Below are positions 44,807 to 52,371 of a DNA stretch of 52,371 nt, piece after piece. Position 1 is the first letter of the stretch. The number at the start of each line of letters is the position of its first letter. The notes under the pieces are model-generated. The model was not told the DNA's origin. It did no database searches and saw nothing but the letters and a program-made list of their open reading frames with translations. This DNA is from Deltaproteobacteria bacterium (GTDB lineage: Bacteria; Myxococcota_A; Polyangia; Polyangiales; B10-G4): the NCBI GenBank assembly GCA_003647065.1, contig QMMC01000002.1:1-52371 (forward strand), written 5' to 3'. The position numbers and the translations under genes were made by a program.

Positions 44807-45322
44807 CTACTCGCAGGCGCCGGGGCCGTCCATCAGCGCCCCGTCCGCCCCGCAGCGGTAACGGCAGATGGTCGAGTCACCCTCGCACCCTACGGAGCAG
44901 CTGCCGAGGCAGGTGACGGTGCACTCGCCGCGGTCGATGCACGAGACGCTCGACCCGGCGCCTACCTCGATGGTGCAGTTCGCCGCGCGGCAGAGGACCA
45001 TCGAGTCATCGCCAGCGTAGAGCACGCAGGTGGTGCCCTCGACGCAGGTGAGGTCGCTGTTGTTGCCGCCGGCGGCGCCGCAGTCGGAGTCTTCCTTGCA
45101 CTCGAAGGCGCAGCTGTCGCCGCACTGGAGCGCGCACTGGGAACTCGTGTCACAGGCGCAGTCGTTCGCGTCGACGCAGGGGCAAGCGTCCCCGGGACAG
45201 GTCGGATAGTCCGGCAAGACGGGGCCCGACTCGCTCGAGCATGCGGCAAGCCCAAAGACCACAAGAGACGCAAGGGCGATGGACAGGCCGAGGGCCGGGG
45301 TGAAAGACGTGACCTTGATCAT
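44807..45322 (-). CDS. Small Cys-rich lipoprotein
   Basis: Lipobox LAA|C; regularly spaced Cys similar to the C-terminal domain of 38196-39689. Confidence 0.8.
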   Translation of the reverse strand: MIKVTSFTPALGLSIALASLVVFGLAACSSESGPVLPDYPTCPGDACPCVDANDCACDTSSQCALQCGDSCAFECKEDSDCGAAGGNNSDLTCVEGTTCVLYAGDDSMVLCRAANCTIEVGAGSSVSCIDRGECTVTCLGSCSVGCEGDSTICRYRCGADGALMDGPGACE

Positions 45323-45360
45323 TCGAGTTCCTGTTCGATGTAAAGAGCGGGGGCGGGAGT
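45319..45360 (-). pseudogene. Orphan 3' tail of a third pilin-like gene
   Basis: Reads TPAPALYIEQELE-stop, versus RTPGFYVGQELE-stop and RAPDIRIERELE-stop; DNA repeats 45376-45412; no start codon. Confidence 0.7.
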
Positions 45361-45377
45361 AAGAGACGTACGCTGGA

Positions 45378-46001
45378 TCATTCGAGTTCCTGTCCGACGT
45401 AGAAACCCGGGGTACGGAAGACCTCGCCCATTTCGTTGGTGCCGACGGAGAGTTCGAGGAGCGAGGTCACCCCATCGCCGTCGAGGTCACCATGGGCCCG
45501 GAAGCTATAGAGCGCTTCGTTTGGCCCATGGCCACAGCGGGCCGGGCCGGCGACGATTTCGTATTGGAAGAAGACCGGCTCGAAGGGCGCGAAGCCGAGT
45601 TCGCTGAATGCGGCGTCGAGGGGGCCGAGCACCTGTTTCTGGTCGGTCGGTACGTTCGGGGTGACGGCCGGCCCGACCGTGCAATGGGTCTGGGTCGTCC
45701 CGTCCGGACCCATGCGCTCCTGTTCGTAATAGCTCGCCGCGCCGGCGAAGAGCGTCCTGAGGTTCGAGGTCGCCTCGGCGGTATTGGACCGGCGCACGTA
45801 GTTGATGAACGCGGGGATGGCGATGGCAGCCAGCACGCCGGTGCAGGGCACACAGCCGACGACGAGGACCAGCACCAGGATCAGCAGGCCGACCTTCTTC
45901 TTGGGGGCAGGAGACGGAGGAGACGCCGGAGTCGGCGGAGTCGGCGGAGTCGGCGGAGACGCCGGAGTCGGCGGACCGCCGTAGGCTGGAGCACTGGCCA
46001 T
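45378..46001 (-). CDS. Type IV pilin-like protein with non-canonical Pro-rich N-terminus
   Basis: GVLAAIAIPAFINYVRRSNTAEATSNL is a pilin alpha1 helix; no G|FTLxE prepilin site; (PPT)n leader, KKK, then TM helix. Confidence 0.8.
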   Translation of the reverse strand: MASAPAYGGPPTPASPPTPPTPPTPASPPSPAPKKKVGLLILVLVLVVGCVPCTGVLAAIAIPAFINYVRRSNTAEATSNLRTLFAGAASYYEQERMGPDGTTQTHCTVGPAVTPNVPTDQKQVLGPLDAAFSELGFAPFEPVFFQYEIVAGPARCGHGPNEALYSFRAHGDLDGDGVTSLLELSVGTNEMGEVFRTPGFYVGQELE

Positions 46002-46087
46002 GGCCGAAACGCTCTCACGGTGACTGGCGTCGCGGCAAGTGAATGGCACAGAAGTGGACCCCGCCGGGCTTGCCTCCCTAGCCTGGG

Positions 46088-46759
46088 GTGGTGAAGCACC
46101 AAGCGCCCCGATTCCGGCTGCAGAACCCATTGCTGACAGCCCTCTTGCTGCTCTCGTCCTCGGTGATGCTCGGCGCCTGCGGCGGCGCGACACCGGACGC
46201 CAACGAGCCGCTCCGGGGCGCCGGGGCGCAGCACGAACTCTCCACCGACGATCCCATCGCCCAGGCCCTCGCCGCCCGCCTGACGATCTGGGTCTCCCGG
46301 GACGGTGAGCCGACCTACGCGCGGCATTGTCGCAACGCCCCCGGAGGCTGCGAAGCGCGCATCGCGACGCTCGCCGAGCTGCTCGAAGATGCCGCCGACC
46401 GCCACGGCCTCGACCCCTGGCTCTTCGCCGCCGTCGCCGTGCGCGAGTCGATGTTGAACCCGGCCGCCATCGGCGCCCAGGGCGAGGCGGGCATCGTCCA
46501 GCTGCACCCCCGCGGCGCCGGCCACGACATGCGCTACGTCCAAGACGCGTCCTACCGCGAAGCGTGCCAGAGCCGCGTCGACGCCTGCCAGGGGCCGGTC
46601 GTCGAGCGCGGCGCCCAACACCTCGCCGATGCGATCGAAGGCTGCGGCGGCACCCGCGCCGGCCTCGGCAAGTACGCGTCCGGGCGCTGCGGAGCGGCGG
46701 CGACCTACGTCGAGCGAATGATGGCCGAGCGCGACCGCCTCGAGTCGTCCCAGCGCTGA
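46088..46759 (+). CDS. SLT-domain lytic transglycosylase lipoprotein
   Basis: Lipobox LGA|C; HGLDPWLFAAVAVRES (catalytic Glu), GEAGIVQL, LGKYASG. Confidence 0.85.
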   Translation: MVKHQAPRFRLQNPLLTALLLLSSSVMLGACGGATPDANEPLRGAGAQHELSTDDPIAQALAARLTIWVSRDGEPTYARHCRNAPGGCEARIATLAELLEDAADRHGLDPWLFAAVAVRESMLNPAAIGAQGEAGIVQLHPRGAGHDMRYVQDASYREACQSRVDACQGPVVERGAQHLADAIEGCGGTRAGLGKYASGRCGAAATYVERMMAERDRLESSQR

Positions 46760-46775
46760 GCGCTAAGAGGCCCGT

Positions 46776-47867
46776 TCAGAGGCCCAAGACGCCCTCGACC
46801 CGCTCCATCATCTTCACTCGTCGCTGGGTAATCGGGCTCGAGCCGTCGAGCAGAGCGTCGGTCTCTTCGAGGACCTGCTCGAGGGTGAACCGCGACACGT
46901 GGGGGTCCTTGGTCGCTGTGCCGCCTTCAACCGGTGCCTGCCACGCGACCATCTCGTCGCTCGCCCCCTCGAGGAGGGCGCCGAGGGCCTGCATGGAGAG
47001 GCGCCCGGCCATGGCCCGGTCTTGGTAGCTCGGTGAGCCGCCGCGAACGAGATGGCCGAGGACCGTCGCGCGGATGTCGACCCCGAGGCGCTCCCCGAGG
47101 CGCTCGTCGAGGGTCCGGGCGAGGAGGGTCGCGGGCACCTTCACCCCCTCGCTCTTGATGATGAGCACTCGTTTCTTGTCGCGACCCGGCGCGAAGCCGC
47201 GGACGATCGCGTCCTCGACGCTCTTCATGACGTCTTCTTCGCTGCGCCCCTGCTCCCGAAAGAGCACGGCGTCGGCGCCGACGGCGATGGCGCTCGCCAT
47301 GGCGAGGTACCCGCACTCACGCCCCATGACCTCGACGACGAAGGCGCGCCGGTGGGCTCGGGCGGTATCGCTGATGCGATCGCAGGCCTCGACGATGGTG
47401 TTCAGGGCCGTGTCGACGCCGATGGCCAGGCCCGTGCAGCCGATGTCGTTGTCGATCGACGCCGGCATCCCCATGACCTGAAGCTTGGGGTGCTCCTTCG
47501 ACAGCAGGTGGGCCCCCGTGAGCGAGCCGTTCCCCCCGATCACCACCAACGCACCGACGCCCGCCTCGGCGAGGCGCTTCGCCGCCTCGGCCCTGCCCTC
47601 CTCGGTACGGAACCGCGCGGAGCGGGCCGAGCCGAGGACGGTACCCCCGAGGCTGCCTATGAGGTCGAGGCCCTTCGCCGCCGCGAAGCCGTTCACGTTG
47701 CTGCGGTTCAGATCACGGAACGACCCGTCCATGAGGCCGTCGTAGCCGCGCTCGACGCCGAGGATCTCGACGCCGGCGGCGGCGCCCAACTTGGCGATCG
47801 CTCGAATCGCCATGTTCATGCCCGGGGCATCCCCCCCGGACGTCAGTACCGCTACGCGTTTGCCCAT
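46776..47867 (-). CDS. pfkA: 6-phosphofructokinase (PfkA family)
   Basis: LTSGGDAPGMN, IGGNGS, PASIDND, FVVEVMGR, VLGHLVRGG. Confidence 0.96.
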   Translation of the reverse strand: MGKRVAVLTSGGDAPGMNMAIRAIAKLGAAAGVEILGVERGYDGLMDGSFRDLNRSNVNGFAAAKGLDLIGSLGGTVLGSARSARFRTEEGRAEAAKRLAEAGVGALVVIGGNGSLTGAHLLSKEHPKLQVMGMPASIDNDIGCTGLAIGVDTALNTIVEACDRISDTARAHRRAFVVEVMGRECGYLAMASAIAVGADAVLFREQGRSEEDVMKSVEDAIVRGFAPGRDKKRVLIIKSEGVKVPATLLARTLDERLGERLGVDIRATVLGHLVRGGSPSYQDRAMAGRLSMQALGALLEGASDEMVAWQAPVEGGTATKDPHVSRFTLEQVLEETDALLDGSSPITQRRVKMMERVEGVLGL

Positions 47868-47921
47868 GGCGGGAGGGTAAACCAGCGGGGCACCGCCCGA
47901 CGACCCCCCTTTGCCTAGGCG

Positions 47922-50483
47922 TCAGGGGACCACGGTCGAGCAATCGGCGCTGCAGCGGTCACCGCTGACGTTGTTACCGTCGTCGCAGACCTCGCCGCCG
48001 TCGAGGATGCCGTCCCCGCAGGAAGGCACGGTGCAGTCCGTGCGACACATGGACGGGGTGTTGGCGAAGGTGATTTGCACCTGGGTGCTCATGTCGAGGG
48101 AAGTGAAGATGCTGCCTTCGTTGACCCAACGGAAGTTGGTCATGCCGAAGCGGAAGGTCGGGTCGAGGGTGACCGTGTAGTTGCCCGGGACCGGCACGTC
48201 GCTGACGATGGCACCGTCGGTATTGGCCCGGAACCACCAGTCGCCACGGTATCCCGTGGAACCGACCGGGAAGAACTCCATCGGCGTATCGTCGGCGAGC
48301 GCAACGGACGTGCCCGCCGGAAAGCCAGCGATGTCGAAGACGATCTCGGCGGTGGGCTGGAAGACCCCGGTCGTGTCCTGGTCGATGCCGTGCACGATGA
48401 AGAGACTCATCACGCCGGTATTGAGGTCGCGGTAAAGGAAGATGTTCGAGAGCCCCGCCTCCTCCCAGCCGGTGTGCGCGCTGGCGCTGACGAGCCCATA
48501 GAAGAACGTCGCCGGGGTGAAGCGCTCGACCGGGGCGACAGCGACGCTGACGCCGCCGGCCTGGGTCACGAGGATCGCCGGTCGGTCGTCGTTCGAGGTA
48601 CCGAGGTCACAGACCTCGCCAATGCCCGTCTCGAGGATACCGTTTCCGCAGACGTCGACCTCGACCGCACAGGAAGATGAGCAGCCGTCCCCCGACGTCG
48701 TATTGCCGTCGTCGCAGGCTTCGGAGCACTCCCGGCGCCCGTTGCCGCAGGCCTCGAGCTGGCACATCGCAGAGCATCCGTCGCAGTCCGTGACGCCGCC
48801 GTCATCGCATTGCTCACCCGGGTCCCTGCGGCCGTCACCACAGCGCGGCGGGGGCGGCTCGATGGCGCAGCTCGAGGAACACCCGTCGCCGTTGACCCGG
48901 TTTCCGTCGTCGCACGACTCCAAGCACTCGAGGCGCCCGTTGCCGCATGCCTCACGCAGACAGACCGACGAACACCCGTCGCAGCTGCGGACGTTGCGAT
49001 CGTCGCACTCTTCCCCGGGGTCGAGGCGGCCATCCCCGCACTCGGGCGGCGGGGGCTCGATGGCGCAGGAGGAGGAGCATCCGTCGCCGTTGACGACATT
49101 GCCGTCGTCGCACATTTCCATGCACTCCACCCGGCCGTTGCCGCAGAGCTCGATGAGGCACCGGGTCCCGGAGCAGCCGTCGCAGTCCCGGTTGTTTCCG
49201 TCATCACACTCCTCGCCGGGGTCGGTGAAACCATCACCACACATGGGGATTTCGATGGTGCACATGTCGGAACACCCATCTCGGGGAGTGGTGTTGCCGT
49301 CGTCGCACTGCTCGGCGCATTCGAGCACGGAGTTGCCGCAACCCTCGGTCTGGCAGGTATTGGAGCACCCGTCGCAGCTCGTCGCGTTGCCGTCGTCGCA
49401 GGCCTCGCCGGGGTCCCGGGTCCCATCGCCGCACCGGGGCGTTTCGATGGTGCACATCGGGGAGCACCCGTCTCCGGGGAGGGGGTTGCCGTCGTCGCAC
49501 TCCTCGACGCAGTCGAGGCTGCCGTTGCCGCAGACCTCGGGCATGCACGAGGGTGAGCACCCATCACAGGGCAGGCGATTTCCGTCGTCGCAGCGCTCAC
49601 CGCGGTCCAAGACGCCGTTGCCACAGACGCGGCTCTCGAACTGGCAGCGGTCGGAACAACCGTCGCCGGAGGTGGTGTTGCCGTCGTCGCAGGCCTCCGC
49701 GCAATCGAGGGCGCCGTTGCCGCAGATTTCGATGGTGCAGAATGGCGAGCACCCGTCGCAGGAAACGGCGCCGCCGTCGTCGCACTCTTCACCGGGTTCG
49801 CGGATTCCGTCCCCGCAGCGCCCCGCTTCGACCTCACACGTAGCCGAGCAACCATCGCCGGGGCGATTGTTGCCGTCGTCGCATTCTTCGCCACACTCGT
49901 GGAGGCCGTTGCCGCAGGCCTCGACGGTGCACATCGGAGAGCACCCGTCGCATTCGACGCGGCCGCCGTCGTCGCATCCTTCGCCGGGGTCGAGCCGGCC
50001 GTTGCCGCAGGAGGCGAGCTCTACCTGGCAGCGGGCAGAACACCCGTCGCCGGGGCGTGTATTGCCGTCGTCACATTCTTCACGGCATTCGATCACGCGG
50101 TTCCCGCAGGCCTCCCGGGTGCAGCGCTCCGAGCAACCGTCACAAGAGTTGGCGTTGCCGTCGTCACACTCTTCGCCGAGCTGGATGACCCCGTCGCCGC
50201 AGCCCATGGTGACCACCTCGGCCCGGCAGGTGCTGGAGCACCCATCCCCGTCGATGAGGTTGCCATCGTCGCACTCCTCGCCAACGTCGATGACGCGATT
50301 GCCGCACCGCGGCATGGATGAATCGACCCTGCTGTCGACACCGCTATCCATGCGGCGAGTGATGCCGGTGTCCGTGGACCCGTCGACTCCACCATCGGCA
50401 CCAGGAGTCAGCCGGAGGGTGCTGCGACCGCAGCCAGCCACCAAGAGGAAGGAGGAAATTGCGAGGAGTACGACCGGGCGCAT
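47922..50483 (-). CDS. Myxococcus Cys-rich repeat (DUF4215-like) lipoprotein with inserted beta-rich domain
   Basis: Lipobox VAG|CGRSTL; about 19 CGxG...ExCDDGN...DGCS..C units; start 50483 chosen from the -10 position (50495 is possible). Confidence 0.9.
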   Translation of the reverse strand: MRPVVLLAISSFLLVAGCGRSTLRLTPGADGGVDGSTDTGITRRMDSGVDSRVDSSMPRCGNRVIDVGEECDDGNLIDGDGCSSTCRAEVVTMGCGDGVIQLGEECDDGNANSCDGCSERCTREACGNRVIECREECDDGNTRPGDGCSARCQVELASCGNGRLDPGEGCDDGGRVECDGCSPMCTVEACGNGLHECGEECDDGNNRPGDGCSATCEVEAGRCGDGIREPGEECDDGGAVSCDGCSPFCTIEICGNGALDCAEACDDGNTTSGDGCSDRCQFESRVCGNGVLDRGERCDDGNRLPCDGCSPSCMPEVCGNGSLDCVEECDDGNPLPGDGCSPMCTIETPRCGDGTRDPGEACDDGNATSCDGCSNTCQTEGCGNSVLECAEQCDDGNTTPRDGCSDMCTIEIPMCGDGFTDPGEECDDGNNRDCDGCSGTRCLIELCGNGRVECMEMCDDGNVVNGDGCSSSCAIEPPPPECGDGRLDPGEECDDRNVRSCDGCSSVCLREACGNGRLECLESCDDGNRVNGDGCSSSCAIEPPPPRCGDGRRDPGEQCDDGGVTDCDGCSAMCQLEACGNGRRECSEACDDGNTTSGDGCSSSCAVEVDVCGNGILETGIGEVCDLGTSNDDRPAILVTQAGGVSVAVAPVERFTPATFFYGLVSASAHTGWEEAGLSNIFLYRDLNTGVMSLFIVHGIDQDTTGVFQPTAEIVFDIAGFPAGTSVALADDTPMEFFPVGSTGYRGDWWFRANTDGAIVSDVPVPGNYTVTLDPTFRFGMTNFRWVNEGSIFTSLDMSTQVQITFANTPSMCRTDCTVPSCGDGILDGGEVCDDGNNVSGDRCSADCSTVVP

Positions 50484-50584
50484 GAGGTTCAGCATAGCGG
50501 ATAGAACGAGGCGGGGCGTCTTAGTGGCGATCCAGACGTAGTGAAACGAGGGGCTTTTCGGGGTACACTTCCCCTGCTTTGCAT

Positions 50585-52186
50585 ATGTCGCTATTGGTCT
50601 CCCTCTTTTCCGTAGCCCTCGTTTTTGCGGGGTGCTCATCCCCACGGACGAGCCCAACCCCCGACAGCGGGGTGCCCGTGGACGGCGGAGGTGACGCCGG
50701 AGACAGCGGTACGCCGACCGACGGAGGCATGGATTCCACGACCCCGCCCGGGGACAGCGGCTCCATGACCGGCGACGGAGGCATCGTGCAGCTCGGCGAG
50801 GGCCTCGTGCTCCGGGGCGTCGTCCTGACCCCCTCGGGCCCCCTCGACCCGGGCGAGGTCTACGTCGTCGACAATACGATCCGCTGCGTCGCCGCCGACT
50901 GCTCGGGCGAGACCGGCGCCGCCGACGCCACCATCATCGAGACCGGCGGGGTGATCTCCCCGGGCCTCATCGACGGCCACAACCACCTGCCCTACAACTT
51001 CCTCGACGAGTGGGTCCCGGACCCGCTGACCCTCTACGACAATCGCTACCTATGGTCCGACGTGCCCTCCTACGAGGCCCACGTCGAGCCCTACAGCGCC
51101 CACCGCTCGACGGGCACGCACTACTGCCCCGCCGCCAAGTGGGGCGAGCTCCGCGCTCTGGTCCACGGGACCACGACCATCCAGGGCCAGTCGTTCCAGC
51201 AGAGCTGCGTCAACCGCCTGGTGCGCAACGCCGACCACTTCCATGGCCTCGGCCACGACCACATGCGCACCAGCATCGCGTCCCCGCGGGACATCACGGA
51301 TTCTCAGGCGACGAGCTTCGTCGCCAGCTTCACCGACCCCGACGAGCCCGTCACCCGCCTCGCCGTGCACATGGGTGAGGGCGTCATGGGCTCGAACCTC
51401 GAACTCGAGTTCGGCTCCTTCGCCGGCCGCGATACGCGCACCAACCGCCACGCCGGCACGTCGCTGCTCGAGGCCATGGACGGCAGCTACCGCGGCACGG
51501 GCATGCTCATCCACGCCGTCGCCCTCAACGACACCGAGCTCATCGAGGTCGCCGACACCGACTCCAAGATCGTGTGGTCCCCCTCGAGCAACATGGTGCT
51601 CTACGGCCAGACCGCCGACATCGGGCGCATCCTCGAGCTCGGCATCACCGTCGGCCTCGGCCCCGACTGGACCGTCTCCGGCGAGGACGAAATGCTCAGC
51701 GAGATGCGCTTCGCCTTGGACTGGGCCCGAGCCGAAGGCGTCGCCGCAGTGACCCCCGAGGCCCTGGTGCGCATGGCCACGGGAGACGGCGCCGAGGTCG
51801 TCGGGCTGCCGACCATCGGCACCCTCGAAGTGGGGCAGGTCGCCGACATCACCGTCTTTGCGCGCATCGGCGCCGACCCGTATCTCGCCGTCGTCGAGAG
51901 CCGCGCCCAAGACGTCGCCTTGGTGCTCATCGACGGCCAGGCTTATTACGGCGACCTCGCCTACGAGATGGCGACCTCGGTCAACGGCGAGTGCGACATG
52001 ATCGACGCCTGCGGCACGGCCAAGTTCGTGTGCGTGAAGAACACCCCCGGCGCCGACAGCCGCGCCGACGAGAGCCTCGAAGACATCCGCGTCCAGCTGG
52101 TGAACATCCTCGAAGGCACCGGGTATCCCGCCGACGAGCAGTACGGCCGGGGCGACGAGCTCCTCGAGCTGATCAGCTGCGACTGA
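50585..52186 (+). CDS. Metal-dependent amidohydrolase (deaminase-like) lipoprotein
   Basis: Lipobox FAG|C; PGLIDGHNH, AVHMGEG, LIHAV, VGLGPDW, IGTLEVGQVADI. Confidence 0.9.
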   Translation: MSLLVSLFSVALVFAGCSSPRTSPTPDSGVPVDGGGDAGDSGTPTDGGMDSTTPPGDSGSMTGDGGIVQLGEGLVLRGVVLTPSGPLDPGEVYVVDNTIRCVAADCSGETGAADATIIETGGVISPGLIDGHNHLPYNFLDEWVPDPLTLYDNRYLWSDVPSYEAHVEPYSAHRSTGTHYCPAAKWGELRALVHGTTTIQGQSFQQSCVNRLVRNADHFHGLGHDHMRTSIASPRDITDSQATSFVASFTDPDEPVTRLAVHMGEGVMGSNLELEFGSFAGRDTRTNRHAGTSLLEAMDGSYRGTGMLIHAVALNDTELIEVADTDSKIVWSPSSNMVLYGQTADIGRILELGITVGLGPDWTVSGEDEMLSEMRFALDWARAEGVAAVTPEALVRMATGDGAEVVGLPTIGTLEVGQVADITVFARIGADPYLAVVESRAQDVALVLIDGQAYYGDLAYEMATSVNGECDMIDACGTAKFVCVKNTPGADSRADESLEDIRVQLVNILEGTGYPADEQYGRGDELLELISCD

Positions 52187-52195
52187 GGGGGAGCG

Positions 52196-52251
52196 GCGGA
52201 ATCCCCGCCGCCGCGTCGCCGAGGCGGAATCCCCGCCGCCGCGTCGCCGAG
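52196..52251 (+). repeat. 28-bp perfect tandem duplication overlapping a terminator-like hairpin
   Basis: gcggaatccccgccgccgcgtcgccgag x2; stem gcggcgg/ccgccgc just after the amidohydrolase stop. Confidence 0.85.
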
Positions 52252-52252
52252 G

Positions 52253-52371
52253 CGGGAGCGGGAGCGGGAGCGGGAACGGGAGCGGGAGCGGGAACGGGAA
52301 CGGGAACGGGAACGGGAACGGGAACGGGAACGGGAACGGGAACGGGAACGGGAACGGGAACGGGAACGGGA
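52253..52371 (+). repeat. (CGGGAR)n hexamer array, about 20 units, running to the window end
   Basis: cgggag units grading into pure cgggaa units. Confidence 0.95.

Noticed and set aside
45378-46001. Calling this gene pilA
   Set aside because: No class III signal peptide and no pilus assembly genes nearby
47520-47545. GGNGS instead of GGDGS in PfkA
   Set aside because: A variant I recall from other bacterial PfkA proteins; the other catalytic motifs are intact, so it is not evidence of novelty
48517-50541. 674-aa plus-strand ORF
   Set aside because: Antisense shadow of the DUF4215-like repeat gene
52196-52251. 28-bp repeat as a possible CRISPR repeat
   Set aside because: The two copies are adjacent with no spacer, and there are no cas genes

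Overview
High-GC bacterial DNA whose gene content (MYXO-CTERM proteins, many Cys-rich repeat lipoproteins, a Ser/Thr kinase-ATPase, a deltaproteobacterial-type pilin head) points to Myxococcota, probably Polyangia/Sandaracinaceae-like; this assignment is inference. About 40 CDS are supportable. They include a kinase-P-loop-TPR protein; a minus-strand run of DUF58, transglutaminase, MoxR, exported TPR protein, STAS-like protein, soluble histidine kinase, frameshifted receiver and MscS-cNMP channel; two MYXO-CTERM surface proteins; an atypical-composition metzincin plus lipoprotein cassette; an ABC-2 operon ending in an apparently catalytically dead PP2C-fold gene; a GldA/F/G-like plus DUF4340 operon; several large disulfide-rich repeat lipoproteins; predicted wall or protein hydrolases; a double FKBP; pfkA; and an amidohydrolase. 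I saw no rRNA, tRNA, CRISPR array or transposase. The most striking unexplained structure is at 42.2-46.0 kb. A type IV pilin head domain occurs there once on a non-cleavable membrane anchor, once fused to a duplicated copy of the FKBP upstream region and lipoprotein signal, and once as an orphan 3' tail. Other highlights are an (AG)7 tract that frameshifts the receiver gene, a TTGACA-C7G14 tract, and recurring -10 boxes 6-9 nt before start codons, suggesting leaderless mRNAs. All family calls come from motif recognition by eye, not from database searches.
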